The notes below the pieces were generated by a model that saw nothing but the letters and a program-made list of their open reading frames with translations, was not told the origin of the DNA and searched no databases. Shown piece after piece: positions 1 to 9,651 of a stretch of DNA of 64,000 nucleotides. The translations under genes and the position numbers were made by a program. The DNA is from SAR202 cluster bacterium (GTDB taxonomy: Bacteria; Chloroflexota; Dehalococcoidia; UBA6926; VFHL01): positions 184,392-248,391 of the forward strand of contig VFHL01000001.1 in assembly GCA_009392005.1 (NCBI GenBank). The letters are read 5' to 3'. Position 1 is the first letter of the stretch. Each line of letters starts with the position of its first letter.

Positions 1-53
1 TGGATGAAGCTCGGGTAGGGGCTTCCTGTATGGTTGTTGTTCGGTTGCCATGT

Positions 54-1202
54 TTATACCTCCGTTGAAAGAACTACTGTTCCGCCGCTATGTCGTACGC
101 TGAGCCCGCCACCTGTACCATGGGCGACCGCAACCTTAGCGTTCTTTATTTGATTACCATCCCGTTCACCTCTTAATTGCCGGACTGATTCGAATACTAA
201 GAAAATACCGCGTTGTCCGGGGTGATTTGAAGAAAGTCCGCCGCCATCTGTGTTGGTTGGCAGCTTTCCTTTGAGGGTTAGGTTTCCTTCTGCGACAAAC
301 GGCCCACCTTCACCCTTTTTCACAAAACCGAGGTTCTCGATAGTTGTCAAAACAGTGATTGTGAATGAGTCGTAAGCCATTAAAAGATCTACATCTTTGT
401 GCTTTACGCCAGATTCGGCGAATGCTTTTTTGCTAGATTGTGCGGCAGCAATCGTTGTTAGATCACGGGTTCCCATTCCTGGGTGTGCGACCGCTTGGCC
501 TGCTCCTAGCACAAACACTGGTTTTTTCTTTAAACTTTTTGCACGTTCTGCGGATGTCATCACAAAGGCTCCACCGCCATCTGTTACAAGGCAGCAGTCC
601 AAGAGATGTAGAGGGTCTGAGACAACCCTACTGTTTATCACATCAGCGACTGTAATTTCGTCACGCATGACCGCAAATGGGTTTGTCATTGCATGTTGTC
701 TTGTTGAGACGGATATTGCGGCTAGTTGTTCACTCGTCGTTCCGAATTCGTGCATGTGACGGCGCGCTACCAAGCCATAGATACCAACGGTTGTTGTACC
801 GTAGGGCGCTTCAAAACCTTCCGGGTGAAATGGTACACGCCGTGTTGCCGTGCCTCCAGTCCCGATCGCTCTCTGAGCAGTTCGAGCAGTGCTTCCATAA
901 CTTATGACTGCCACTTCACATTGGCCCGCGGCAATGGCCGCAGCAGCGTGTGCGATGTGGAATTCGTATGATCCACCGCCTACTTGGGTTGTGTCAATGT
1001 TGTCTGGAAAAATGTTGAGGTATTCAGCGAGTAAGAACCCGCTATGACTGTACATTGCATCAACATCGTCTTTCGTTAGGCCTGCATCATCTAAAGCTCT
1101 ACTAATCGAATCGGCTTGGATTGAGAGTTCCGATGCCTGCGGATCAAAGCGACTTTCGTATTCATGGATGCCAACGATAGCGGCTTTTCCTCTTATAGAC
1201 AT
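54..1202 (-). CDS. Thiolase-like protein (SCP-x/nonspecific lipid-transfer type acetyl-CoA C-acyltransferase family), tandem copy 1
   Basis: 382-aa ORF with a thiolase-fold N-terminus (MSIRGKAAIVGIHEYESRFD...) and conserved Cys/His-containing C-terminal motifs. It is near-identical in architecture to the adjacent paralog. Confidence 0.75.
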   Translation of the reverse strand: MSIRGKAAIVGIHEYESRFDPQASELSIQADSISRALDDAGLTKDDVDAMYSHSGFLLAEYLNIFPDNIDTTQVGGGSYEFHIAHAAAAIAAGQCEVAVISYGSTARTAQRAIGTGGTATRRVPFHPEGFEAPYGTTTVGIYGLVARRHMHEFGTTSEQLAAISVSTRQHAMTNPFAVMRDEITVADVINSRVVSDPLHLLDCCLVTDGGGAFVMTSAERAKSLKKKPVFVLGAGQAVAHPGMGTRDLTTIAAAQSSKKAFAESGVKHKDVDLLMAYDSFTITVLTTIENLGFVKKGEGGPFVAEGNLTLKGKLPTNTDGGGLSSNHPGQRGIFLVFESVRQLRGERDGNQIKNAKVAVAHGTGGGLSVRHSGGTVVLSTEV

Positions 1203-1274
1203 TATAATTTACCTCCCTTTCCTCGTTAGTTTGTTTTTTTATTTTAATGCGAGATGCATGAATTCCTAAAGAAT

Positions 1275-2420
1275 CTACACCTCAGTTGACAGGATGATTG
1301 TTCCTCCGCTATGCCTGGTACTTAGTGAACCACCTGTACCATGGGCTAGCGCAAGCTTGGGATCTTTCAATTGATTACCCTCACGTTCCCCTCGGAGCTG
1401 GCGCACAGATTCAAAAATTAGGAAGATGCCTCTTTGTCCAGGGTGGTTCGATGAAAGACCACCGCCATCGGTGTTTGTCGGGAGTTTTCCATCAAGGTCT
1501 AAAGCTCCAGTCTCAACAAAAGCTCCACCTTCTCCCTTTTTCACGAAGCCAAGATTTTCTATTGTGGTCAGAACCGTGATGGTAAATGAGTCGTATGCCA
1601 TCAAAAGATCTATATCTTTATGCGTTACACCCGCTTCCTCAAACGCGTGTTTATGCGATTGGCCGGCCGCGATCGTTGTTAAATCACGGTTCCCGATACC
1701 GGGGTGCGCAACAGCTTGCCCAGTCCCCAAGATGTAGACGGGTTTCTTTTTTAGATCTTTTGCACGAGCTGCCGACGTTATGATGAAAGCTCCACCGCCA
1801 TCTGAGACGATACAGCAATCAAGTAGGTGTAAAGGATCAGACACCATTCGGCTGTTCAATACATCATCAACAGTGATCGGATCACGAAATACAGCAAATG
1901 GGTTTGTGCTCGCATGTTTGCGTGTGGACACTGAGATAGCTGCTAATTGTTCACTAGTTGTTCCGAATTCGTGCATGTGGCGTCTCGCAACCAAGGCATA
2001 TCGCCCAAGTGTTGTGGGGCCATAGGGCTCTTCGAAACCATCTGGTAATGCTGGCACTCTACCCCTGATGGGATTTCGCTCCACGGCTCTTCCGCCAGAT
2101 CTTCCAGTACTTCCGTATGTCACCAACGCGACTTCACATTGGCCCGCCGCTATTGCAGCAGCAGCATGCGCTGCAAAAAACTCGTATGATCCGCCCCCCA
2201 TCTGCGTCGTATCAATGACGTCAGGGAACATATTCATATATTCAGCCAAATTCCATCCATGATGGCTATATAAGGCATCAACATCACTTTTCTCAAGTCC
2301 AGCGTCATCCAATGCACGCCTAGCTGATTCCGCTTCAATTGAGAGTTCAGATGCTTGCGGATCAAAGCGACTTTCATATTCATGGATGCCCACGACAGCC
2401 GCTACTCCTCTAACACTCAT
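1275..2420 (-). CDS. Thiolase-like protein (SCP-x type), tandem paralog 2
   Basis: 381-aa ORF, collinear with the upstream copy. The N-terminal 30 aa are nearly identical and long stretches are shared (AHAAAAIAAGQCEVA, GTTSEQLAAISVSTR, TDGGGLSSNHPGQRGIF). Confidence 0.75.
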   Translation of the reverse strand: MSVRGVAAVVGIHEYESRFDPQASELSIEAESARRALDDAGLEKSDVDALYSHHGWNLAEYMNMFPDVIDTTQMGGGSYEFFAAHAAAAIAAGQCEVALVTYGSTGRSGGRAVERNPIRGRVPALPDGFEEPYGPTTLGRYALVARRHMHEFGTTSEQLAAISVSTRKHASTNPFAVFRDPITVDDVLNSRMVSDPLHLLDCCIVSDGGGAFIITSAARAKDLKKKPVYILGTGQAVAHPGIGNRDLTTIAAGQSHKHAFEEAGVTHKDIDLLMAYDSFTITVLTTIENLGFVKKGEGGAFVETGALDLDGKLPTNTDGGGLSSNHPGQRGIFLIFESVRQLRGEREGNQLKDPKLALAHGTGGSLSTRHSGGTIILSTEV

Positions 2421-2637
2421 ATAGGTACCCCCCCCCGTTTCGATTGCGCTCTAAGTGTATAGAACGAAACAAGCATAAACCTTCAATTGTACAGACGCAA
2501 CTTTGTTGGAGCATACGCTCCTGAACTTGCGATTAGTCATGTTTTCATTCAACACCTTGCTACATCAGTGGCCCATCCGTATGCTGCAGGCAATAACAAT
2601 ATTTAAGCGAGCAACATTTTTTGGGGATAGGTGAAAG

Positions 2638-2940
2638 ATGCCATCAGAAATAGAAACTGTGCTTCGACCGGCGTTCAAACGTGCAGATGCCTTCAATAAT
2701 GATTTGGATGCCTTGGAACATGCTTTAGACTTGTTCATCGCACAATATCTTCAAGCACTTATGCGAGCCAAAACTGTGGAGCAGGCCCAGCGAGCGTGGA
2801 GTGCGTATTACAATTATCTCGTAGCACCAACGACAAGAAGAAAAAAATTCGAATTAAATGATTCTCAAGCCGATTTAGTAATTTCAAGTATCCAGGAGAT
2901 CATTCGAAGCCTGAATGATGGAGATGATGCTCAAGATTGA
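2638..2940 (+). CDS. Hypothetical small helical protein
   Basis: 100-aa ORF preceded by an SD-like GGGGATAGG; no recognizable family. Confidence 0.35.
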   Translation: MPSEIETVLRPAFKRADAFNNDLDALEHALDLFIAQYLQALMRAKTVEQAQRAWSAYYNYLVAPTTRRKKFELNDSQADLVISSIQEIIRSLNDGDDAQD

Positions 2941-2967
2941 TAGCGAACTTGGTCAATGAGGTGTGGA

Positions 2968-4251
2968 CTACGAGAATTCCCGTATGACAATGTTCTGTTC
3001 TCTTCTTGGACCAACCGACAAAAGGTCAATAGGTGCACCAATAATTTCTTCTAGGCGATTAACATAGTTCTTTGTTAGTTCAGGTAAATCTTGGAAATTA
3101 TTGATGTTACTTGTTGGTCCTTTCCATCCTGGTAATTCTTCGTATATTGGTTTGCATTTTTCTAAGGTGGCGGGATCCGAGGGCGGATAAAGCAAAGGTT
3201 CGCCATCAAGTTCATAATGTGTACAGATCTTGATTTTTTCTACATCATCTAGTACGTCAAGCCTTGCTATCGCTGCTGACGTAAAACCGTTCACTAGAGT
3301 TGCGAGGCGGGCCATTGGGCCATCAAACCAACCACAAGATCTTGGTCGACCTGTGGTTGCGCCATATTCTCCAGCTTTTTCTCGTATAAGCGCATCGAAG
3401 TCAGGTTCCATAAGTGTTGGGAATGGCCCTGCGCCAACTCTGGTGCAGTACGCTTTAAATATTCCGACGACATGATCAATATTGGATGGATTAATACCTG
3501 TGCCTTGGTAGGCACCTCCAGCGCCGGGATGAGAAGACGTGACATACGGATATGTACCGAAATCAAGGTCAAGCAGCGCGCCTTGCGCTCCCTCAAGTAA
3601 GATTGATTTTCCTTGTTGAATAGCCTCATGGATGACGAGTTCTGTTTGTACGATATGAGGGGCTATTCGCTGCGATATTTTCGACAGATTCTCATACAAT
3701 TCATCTTCCGAAATCGGTGCAGTTTCATATACTTTCGTTAGCAACGAGTTGACGTAATTGAGAGGTGCCTGGAGCTTGTCACGGAGAGTTGTCAGATCCT
3801 TGAGATCTCCCGCTCGAATACCTCTCCTAGCGGTTTTATCGACGTATGCGGGTCCTATACCTCGCAAGGTAGTTCCTATCGCGTTATCCCCTCTACGACC
3901 TTCTTCTAGGGAATCTAGTAATTTATGATACGGCAAAACGATTTGTGCTCGGTCACTGATTAGAAGCCGTTCGGGAGTTACATTTAGAAAATCTAAATTG
4001 TCTAACTCTTCGAGCAAGGATTCAGGGTCAAGGGCCACACCATTACTAATCACGCAGGTAGCGTTTGTATTAAAAATGCCGACGGGTACTAAGTGAAGCC
4101 GAAATTCTCCATGCTCGTTGACAACCGTATGGCCCGCGTTAGCTCCCCCTGAATATCGCACTATCATTTGTGCTTTTCCTGACAAGAGATCAACAATTTT
4201 TCCCTTGCCTTCGTCTCCCCATTGGGCGCCAATTATGGCTATCGCTACCAA
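2968..4251 (-). CDS. purA: Adenylosuccinate synthetase
   Basis: 427 aa with an N-terminal GAQWGDEGKGK P-loop motif characteristic of PurA and collinear family features. Confidence 0.9.
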   Translation of the reverse strand: MVAIAIIGAQWGDEGKGKIVDLLSGKAQMIVRYSGGANAGHTVVNEHGEFRLHLVPVGIFNTNATCVISNGVALDPESLLEELDNLDFLNVTPERLLISDRAQIVLPYHKLLDSLEEGRRGDNAIGTTLRGIGPAYVDKTARRGIRAGDLKDLTTLRDKLQAPLNYVNSLLTKVYETAPISEDELYENLSKISQRIAPHIVQTELVIHEAIQQGKSILLEGAQGALLDLDFGTYPYVTSSHPGAGGAYQGTGINPSNIDHVVGIFKAYCTRVGAGPFPTLMEPDFDALIREKAGEYGATTGRPRSCGWFDGPMARLATLVNGFTSAAIARLDVLDDVEKIKICTHYELDGEPLLYPPSDPATLEKCKPIYEELPGWKGPTSNINNFQDLPELTKNYVNRLEEIIGAPIDLLSVGPRREQNIVIREFS

Positions 4252-4605
4252 GTTTTTCTCCCTTGATAATTAAATTAGATCCAAAATTCATCCTCGAGGG
4301 GGTACTACATCCACAGGAGGCAAAATATTTTAAGATACTATCTGACCAGTGATTGCGGATCAAAAATCCTCGCGAGTATAACAGACAGATAAATCATGAG
4401 GAAGTGGCTGAATGTCAAAGCGTTGCGTAGGCTTATGGATAATTCGGTTGGGAATGGTATTTAATTGCCTTGTTGTATCAACCTTGATTTAGATGGCCAA
4501 CTTGTTTTTGGTGTATTAGGTTAGTCTACGTTGTTTCGCTCTAATCCTTATGGCTTGCGTGCTATAATTCCGCTGGGTTTAATATGTTCACATAGGTGGA
4601 GATGT

Positions 4606-5562
4606 ATGAATTGGACTGGTGAAATAGCGATCTTCTCTGGAAATGCGCATAAGCGTCTTGCGCAAGCAGTTTCTGAATCTTTGAGGGTTTCCATTGGCGC
4701 AGTCGAGGTGTTTCAATTTTCCAATGAAAACATTTTTGTAAGGTATCTAGAAAATATTCGACATAGAGATGTTTTTATAATCCAACCACACGCAAGGCCC
4801 GTGAACGATAGCATCATGGAGCTGTTAATCATGATTGACGCCGCCAAGCGTGCGTCGGCAGGCCGAGTTACTGCTGTGATCCCCTACTATGCTTACGGGC
4901 GCACCGATAAGAAAGATCAACCTCGTGTCCCGATCACGGCCCGATTATTAGCGGATTTAATTACAACGGCGGGTGCTGATCGTGTTTTGACCATGGATTT
5001 ACATGCCGGACAGATCCAAGGATTTTTCAACATACCAGTCGATGAGTTAACTGCGTTGCCCTTGCTATCAAAGTATCTCCTATCAGGAAGAGACGATAGG
5101 CAAGATTACGTTGTTGTAGCCCCTGATGAAGGTACTGTTAAGCGGGCTCGTAATTTGGCTTACGAATTGGATGCTCCTTTAGCAATTATTGAAAAAAGAC
5201 GTGTAGGTAATGATGAGAAAGTAGAAGCACGCAATGTCATTGGCGAGGTTTCTGGGAAGAACGCAATACTAGTTGATGATGAAATCGATACGGGAGGATC
5301 GATGGTTGCAGCGATTGAAGTGTTACGGTCTCATGGGATTGCGGACGTTTCCTCAATGGTGACTCATCCTGTTCTTTCAGGTAATGCTTTGGATCGTTTG
5401 TCTCAAGCAGGGCTGAAGGAATTGGTTGTGACAGATACGTTGCCCGTTGATAATTCTGCGACGAATGGCATCAAATTACGCACAGTTTCAGTCGCTTCAT
5501 TGTTGGCTGAAGCTATATCGCGAATTCACTCTGGAGAATCTATTGGGGATCTTTTTTCATGA
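4606..5562 (+). CDS. prs: Ribose-phosphate pyrophosphokinase (PRPP synthetase)
   Basis: An IAIFSGNAHKRLAQ N-terminus, the RASAGR..IPYYAYGRTDKKD motif and a DLHAGQIQGFF PRPP-binding loop. The ORF track starts at 4531, but the conserved N-terminus begins at M(4606). Confidence 0.88.
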   Translation: MNWTGEIAIFSGNAHKRLAQAVSESLRVSIGAVEVFQFSNENIFVRYLENIRHRDVFIIQPHARPVNDSIMELLIMIDAAKRASAGRVTAVIPYYAYGRTDKKDQPRVPITARLLADLITTAGADRVLTMDLHAGQIQGFFNIPVDELTALPLLSKYLLSGRDDRQDYVVVAPDEGTVKRARNLAYELDAPLAIIEKRRVGNDEKVEARNVIGEVSGKNAILVDDEIDTGGSMVAAIEVLRSHGIADVSSMVTHPVLSGNALDRLSQAGLKELVVTDTLPVDNSATNGIKLRTVSVASLLAEAISRIHSGESIGDLFS

Positions 5563-5651
5563 CGTGTTTTCGTGTCTTGATACGTTCTGGAATAGTGGTT
5601 GGTAATTAGTGATGCTTGGGAGTATGTTCCGGTTTTTTTAGAAGGATAGAT

Positions 5652-8297
5652 ATGTTAAAGAGGATTGGTTCTCTTTTAGGGGGATCCCAAGATAGAAGCA
5701 TCAAAAAGTTGTCGAGCTTGGTCGATGAAGTAGATGCTTTAGAACCAGATTTTGAAAAACTTCCGGATGATTTGTTGTATGCCAAGACGACTGAATTTCA
5801 ATCTCGATACAAGAATGGCGAGCACCTTGATTCACTTTTGCCTGAAGCATTTGCAACGGTCCGCGAAACTGCCAAAAGAATGCTTGGTCAGCGCCATTAT
5901 CGAGTCCAGATTATGGGTGGCATCGTACTGCACCAAGGCAAAATAGCCGAAATGAAAACTGGTGAGGGCAAAACTCTTGTATCTACTCTAGCAGTTTATC
6001 TTAATGCCTTAACGGGTGATGGCGTACATCTGGTCACAGTGAACGATTATCTTGCACGCCGCGATTGTCAGTGGATGGGTCCCATATATAACGCATTGGG
6101 TTTGACGGTTGGATGTCTTCAAAATGAAGGATCATTTCTTTTTGGTATGGCATCTGATGGTGAGGCTGAGTTAGAAGCTGCACATCGTTCAGATGTTTAT
6201 TCAGCTGATGTTGTTTATGGCACGAATAGCGAATTTGGTTTTGATTATTTACGAGACAATATGGCGCTGGAAAAAGATTCTATGGTACAGAAAAAGATTT
6301 CATATGCCATTGTGGATGAAGTAGACAATATACTAGTGGATGAGGCCCGAACTCCCTTGATTATCAGCGGTCCCTCAGATCAGCCTGATCAAACGTATTA
6401 TAAATTTGCTGATATTGCCCGCTCATTAGACTTAGAGATGGATTATGTGCCGGACGAAAAAGCACGGAGTGTTGCTCTAACAGATGCTGGTATTACCCAT
6501 ATTGAAACTTCACTTGGAATTTCGAACTTGTACGCTCCAGAAAACTATCGATTAACACATTATGTTGAAAACGCACTCAAAGCAGAAGTTTTTTACCTAA
6601 GAGATCAACAGTATGTTGTTCAAGATGGGAAGGCAACGATTGTCGATGAATTTACAGGAAGATTAATGACCGGGCGGCGTTTCGGGGAAGGATTGCATCA
6701 AGCGATTGAAGCAAAAGAGGGATTGCAAATCCAACAGGAAACCATAACTTTAGCGACGATTACTTTGCAGAACTACTTTCGATTATATGACAAATTGTCC
6801 GGGATGACGGGAACCGCAATCACCGAATCTGAGGAGTTTTGGAAAATCTACGGGTTAGAAGTGCTTACCATCCCGACGAACAAGCCTCTGATGCGAGAAG
6901 ACCTCTCCGATACTATCTACTTGAACGAGAAAGAAAAATATACTGCGGTAGCTGATGCAATAGCGGATTTGCATAAAACTCGGCGACCAGTTCTCGTAGG
7001 GACTGTTTCTGTTGAACGATCTGAACAGCTGGGGAAGCTGTTGAAAGAAAGAGGTGTGGAGCATCAAGTCCTGAATGCTAAATTCCATGAGCAAGAAGCT
7101 GAAATTGTTGCTCAAGCAGGCCGTCTTGGCGGTGTGACAGTAGCAACAAATATGGCTGGTCGAGGCACAGATATCATTTTAGGCGGTAGTCAAGAAAAAA
7201 GAGATCCCGGGGAATGGCAAAACGAACACGATGAAGTCATTAAACTTGGAGGGCTTTACATTATTGGCACTGAGTTACATGAATCTCGTAGGATTGATAA
7301 CCAGTTGCGTGGCCGTGCAGGCCGGCAAGGTGATCCCGGGACATCGGTTTTTTATGTGGCACTTGATGATGAATTAATTCGTAGATTTGGTGGGGATCGT
7401 GTACGTGGGCTCTTGAATTGGGCTGGTGTTGAAGAAGGTGAGGCTATTGATAATCGAATGGTGCGCAAGGCATTTGAAAATGCACAAGTGAAAGTTGAAG
7501 CACACAACTTTGAAATTAGAAAACATCTTGTTGAATATGACGATGTGATCAACACTCAGCGGGACGTGATTTATGAACAGAGATTCAAGGTTCTAGATCA
7601 AACTGATGTTCATACAAATATTAAGATGATGATTGATAAGTCTGTCGCAGATATTGTGGATGACTACCTTCCTGATTTGCGTCCAGAAACATGGGATCTT
7701 GAAGGTCTACTAGTTTCAATACAGAATTTATTTGGCGCTACTCCAGAATGGGCCAATTATGAAGCAATGAATTTGATGAGCCAAGACGAGATTATTGACC
7801 AGTTAAATCAATTCGCTACTGAATTATATGCCAACCGTGAAGACGATAATGGTTCTGAGGTGACTCGGGATATAGAGCGGGTTATTTCCTTGCGAACAGT
7901 TGATAGTCATTGGATCGAACATTTAACCGTGATGGACATGATGCGTCGTGGAATTGGTTTAGAAGCTGTAGCGCAGCGAGATCCCTTAGTCGCTTATCGT
8001 ATGGAAGCGCACAGGATGTATCAAGAATTGCAAGAGAATATTCAGCACTCGATTGTCCGGAACATGTATCACGTTTCGGTTGTGGGACAGAAAATAGATC
8101 AGCAAATGGATTCTCCATTAGCCCAGCATCAAAGAAATAGTAGTGGCGAAGCACCAATCGTAGCAAATCAACCTGCAGGTGACAGCCCTAGTGTTCGTAC
8201 GGTTACCCGAACACAAAAGAAAATTGGTAGGAATGAGAGTTGTCCGTGTGGCAGCGGTAAGAAATATAAAAATTGCCATTGGCCGGAGGCTGTCTAG
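5652..8297 (+). CDS. secA: Preprotein translocase ATPase SecA
   Basis: N-terminus MLKRIGSLLGG...KTTEF, a Walker A box (MKTGEGKT) and DEAD-like motifs. A C-terminal zinc-binding tail CPCGSGKKYKNCH is present. The ORF starts at 5616, but the conserved start is at 5652. Confidence 0.92.
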   Translation: MLKRIGSLLGGSQDRSIKKLSSLVDEVDALEPDFEKLPDDLLYAKTTEFQSRYKNGEHLDSLLPEAFATVRETAKRMLGQRHYRVQIMGGIVLHQGKIAEMKTGEGKTLVSTLAVYLNALTGDGVHLVTVNDYLARRDCQWMGPIYNALGLTVGCLQNEGSFLFGMASDGEAELEAAHRSDVYSADVVYGTNSEFGFDYLRDNMALEKDSMVQKKISYAIVDEVDNILVDEARTPLIISGPSDQPDQTYYKFADIARSLDLEMDYVPDEKARSVALTDAGITHIETSLGISNLYAPENYRLTHYVENALKAEVFYLRDQQYVVQDGKATIVDEFTGRLMTGRRFGEGLHQAIEAKEGLQIQQETITLATITLQNYFRLYDKLSGMTGTAITESEEFWKIYGLEVLTIPTNKPLMREDLSDTIYLNEKEKYTAVADAIADLHKTRRPVLVGTVSVERSEQLGKLLKERGVEHQVLNAKFHEQEAEIVAQAGRLGGVTVATNMAGRGTDIILGGSQEKRDPGEWQNEHDEVIKLGGLYIIGTELHESRRIDNQLRGRAGRQGDPGTSVFYVALDDELIRRFGGDRVRGLLNWAGVEEGEAIDNRMVRKAFENAQVKVEAHNFEIRKHLVEYDDVINTQRDVIYEQRFKVLDQTDVHTNIKMMIDKSVADIVDDYLPDLRPETWDLEGLLVSIQNLFGATPEWANYEAMNLMSQDEIIDQLNQFATELYANREDDNGSEVTRDIERVISLRTVDSHWIEHLTVMDMMRRGIGLEAVAQRDPLVAYRMEAHRMYQELQENIQHSIVRNMYHVSVVGQKIDQQMDSPLAQHQRNSSGEAPIVANQPAGDSPSVRTVTRTQKKIGRNESCPCGSGKKYKNCHWPEAV

Positions 8298-8425
8298 TTC
8301 CCCAGAGGTGGAGCTATGTTGAATTTGCATCACTACTTAAACAGCACTACGTATTTAGTGCGCTTAATTGAGTGTTCCAAAGATGTTGGTAATGGTTCTA
8401 TGGAACTTGGCGGATTGGTACTGAA

Positions 8426-9256
8426 ATGACTACGTGGAATTTCGGTGGGGATGATCAATCTGAGATTTCTGCAACTTCCATTGCAGAGGATCACTTCCGG
8501 CGATCTCTAGAAGAACAAAAGAATTGGTATATTACGCTTCTAGAATCTGCGGCGTTATGGTCTGTTCCTGAGGAACGTTATCAATCACGACAATATAAAT
8601 ATTTGATTGGTGGCGAAGCGTTTGATTTGTATACCTTGGGAGAGCGTCTCTACAATTCGATTGATGATCCTGAATTGAAAAATGCCCTGCCAGAAAATGA
8701 AATAGTCGCGTTTCTTTTCTTTGGTGAGCCGCCTATAGATTTGGAAGCCGACATTTTCGCGGAAATTTTGGGTTCTAGCAAATATTCTGCCTATCTGAAC
8801 TATTGGTACGGCGTGATGGTTGAGGAGGCATTACAAGCTGCAGTGACTGGTGAAATAGCGAAAGCGAAGTCAGGGTTTCTAGCGTCAGACATTTCTTTAG
8901 TGAATGCTACCTTTTTGAGGCTATATGAACTGGATTGGAACACATTGTTTTCCAAGTTTCGTGCGTCCTCAAGGATCCCTCGAAACGCTAATTCTTCCTT
9001 GGTCGAAATGAAAGATTTTATGTATTGGCTGTTCAGGTGGAGAATCAAAGAGAGTGAGCCGGCTCGAGTTGCGAGTGACACGCGGAAGGGGATAACTAAG
9101 TTGGATGCTTTGCGTAGTTTAAGCCGCCAGGGTGCCCTTGCGAGAGATCAGAAACGTAAGATTGTTGAGATGAACAATATGGATACCACTGATCAATTCT
9201 TACGCGGTTTCGGTTCCTATTCAAAACGAGTAGGACTTTATTCAACTGAAAAATAG
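8426..9256 (+). CDS. Hypothetical protein (no recognizable domain)
   Basis: 276-aa intact ORF in the operon-like slot between secA and the ileS leader. Composition is coding-like, with no motif I recognise. Confidence 0.5.
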   Translation: MTTWNFGGDDQSEISATSIAEDHFRRSLEEQKNWYITLLESAALWSVPEERYQSRQYKYLIGGEAFDLYTLGERLYNSIDDPELKNALPENEIVAFLFFGEPPIDLEADIFAEILGSSKYSAYLNYWYGVMVEEALQAAVTGEIAKAKSGFLASDISLVNATFLRLYELDWNTLFSKFRASSRIPRNANSSLVEMKDFMYWLFRWRIKESEPARVASDTRKGITKLDALRSLSRQGALARDQKRKIVEMNNMDTTDQFLRGFGSYSKRVGLYSTEK

Positions 9257-9319
9257 GATTACATCTTGGAGCGCATTAGCACGAAATGTTTGACAGGCAA
9301 GGCCTACGCTTTATAAAGT

Positions 9320-9625
9320 ACTTGGAATGACGGTGACGGAGAAGAGTACGAGAATAAACTCAAGTATAGCGAGCCTGGTTTGGTGCGAGCAGGTGTTGAG
9401 CATCTCTGAATATCCCTCCTGAGTCGCTATTCGAAAGAGAGAATAATGAATCGTTCCCCAATGTCTCTTGATTAGGTTTAGCCGGATTCCTTCCGTTATC
9501 AAGGTGCGACACATGGTTGTGAATGTCATTAGTGTCATATAGTTGCCCTAACGAATGTTTGGTGAAAAGGGTGGTATTGCGGGTAAAAACCCGTCCCTTT
9601 GGGGCGGGTTTTTTTTGTGAGAATT
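9320..9625 (+). promoter_or_regulatory. T-box riboswitch leader (tRNA-Ile sensing) with intrinsic terminator, upstream of ileS
   Basis: The -35/-10 candidates are TTGACA(9290)/TATAAA(9313). A T-box-like sequence AAAAGGGTGGTATTGCGGG (about 9563-9581) carries a UGGU bulge complementary to the tRNA ACCA end. It is followed by a mutually exclusive terminator CCCGTCCC-TTTG-GGGCGGG plus T8 (about 9590-9616) just before the ileS SD/ATG. Confidence 0.6.
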
Positions 9626-9651
9626 TAGCGTGTAATTAGTAGGAGTTAAAA

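Noticed and set aside
397-2262. Multiple 60-120-aa plus-strand ORFs inside the two thiolase genes
   Set aside because: They are antisense to strongly supported thiolase CDSs, with no independent signals.
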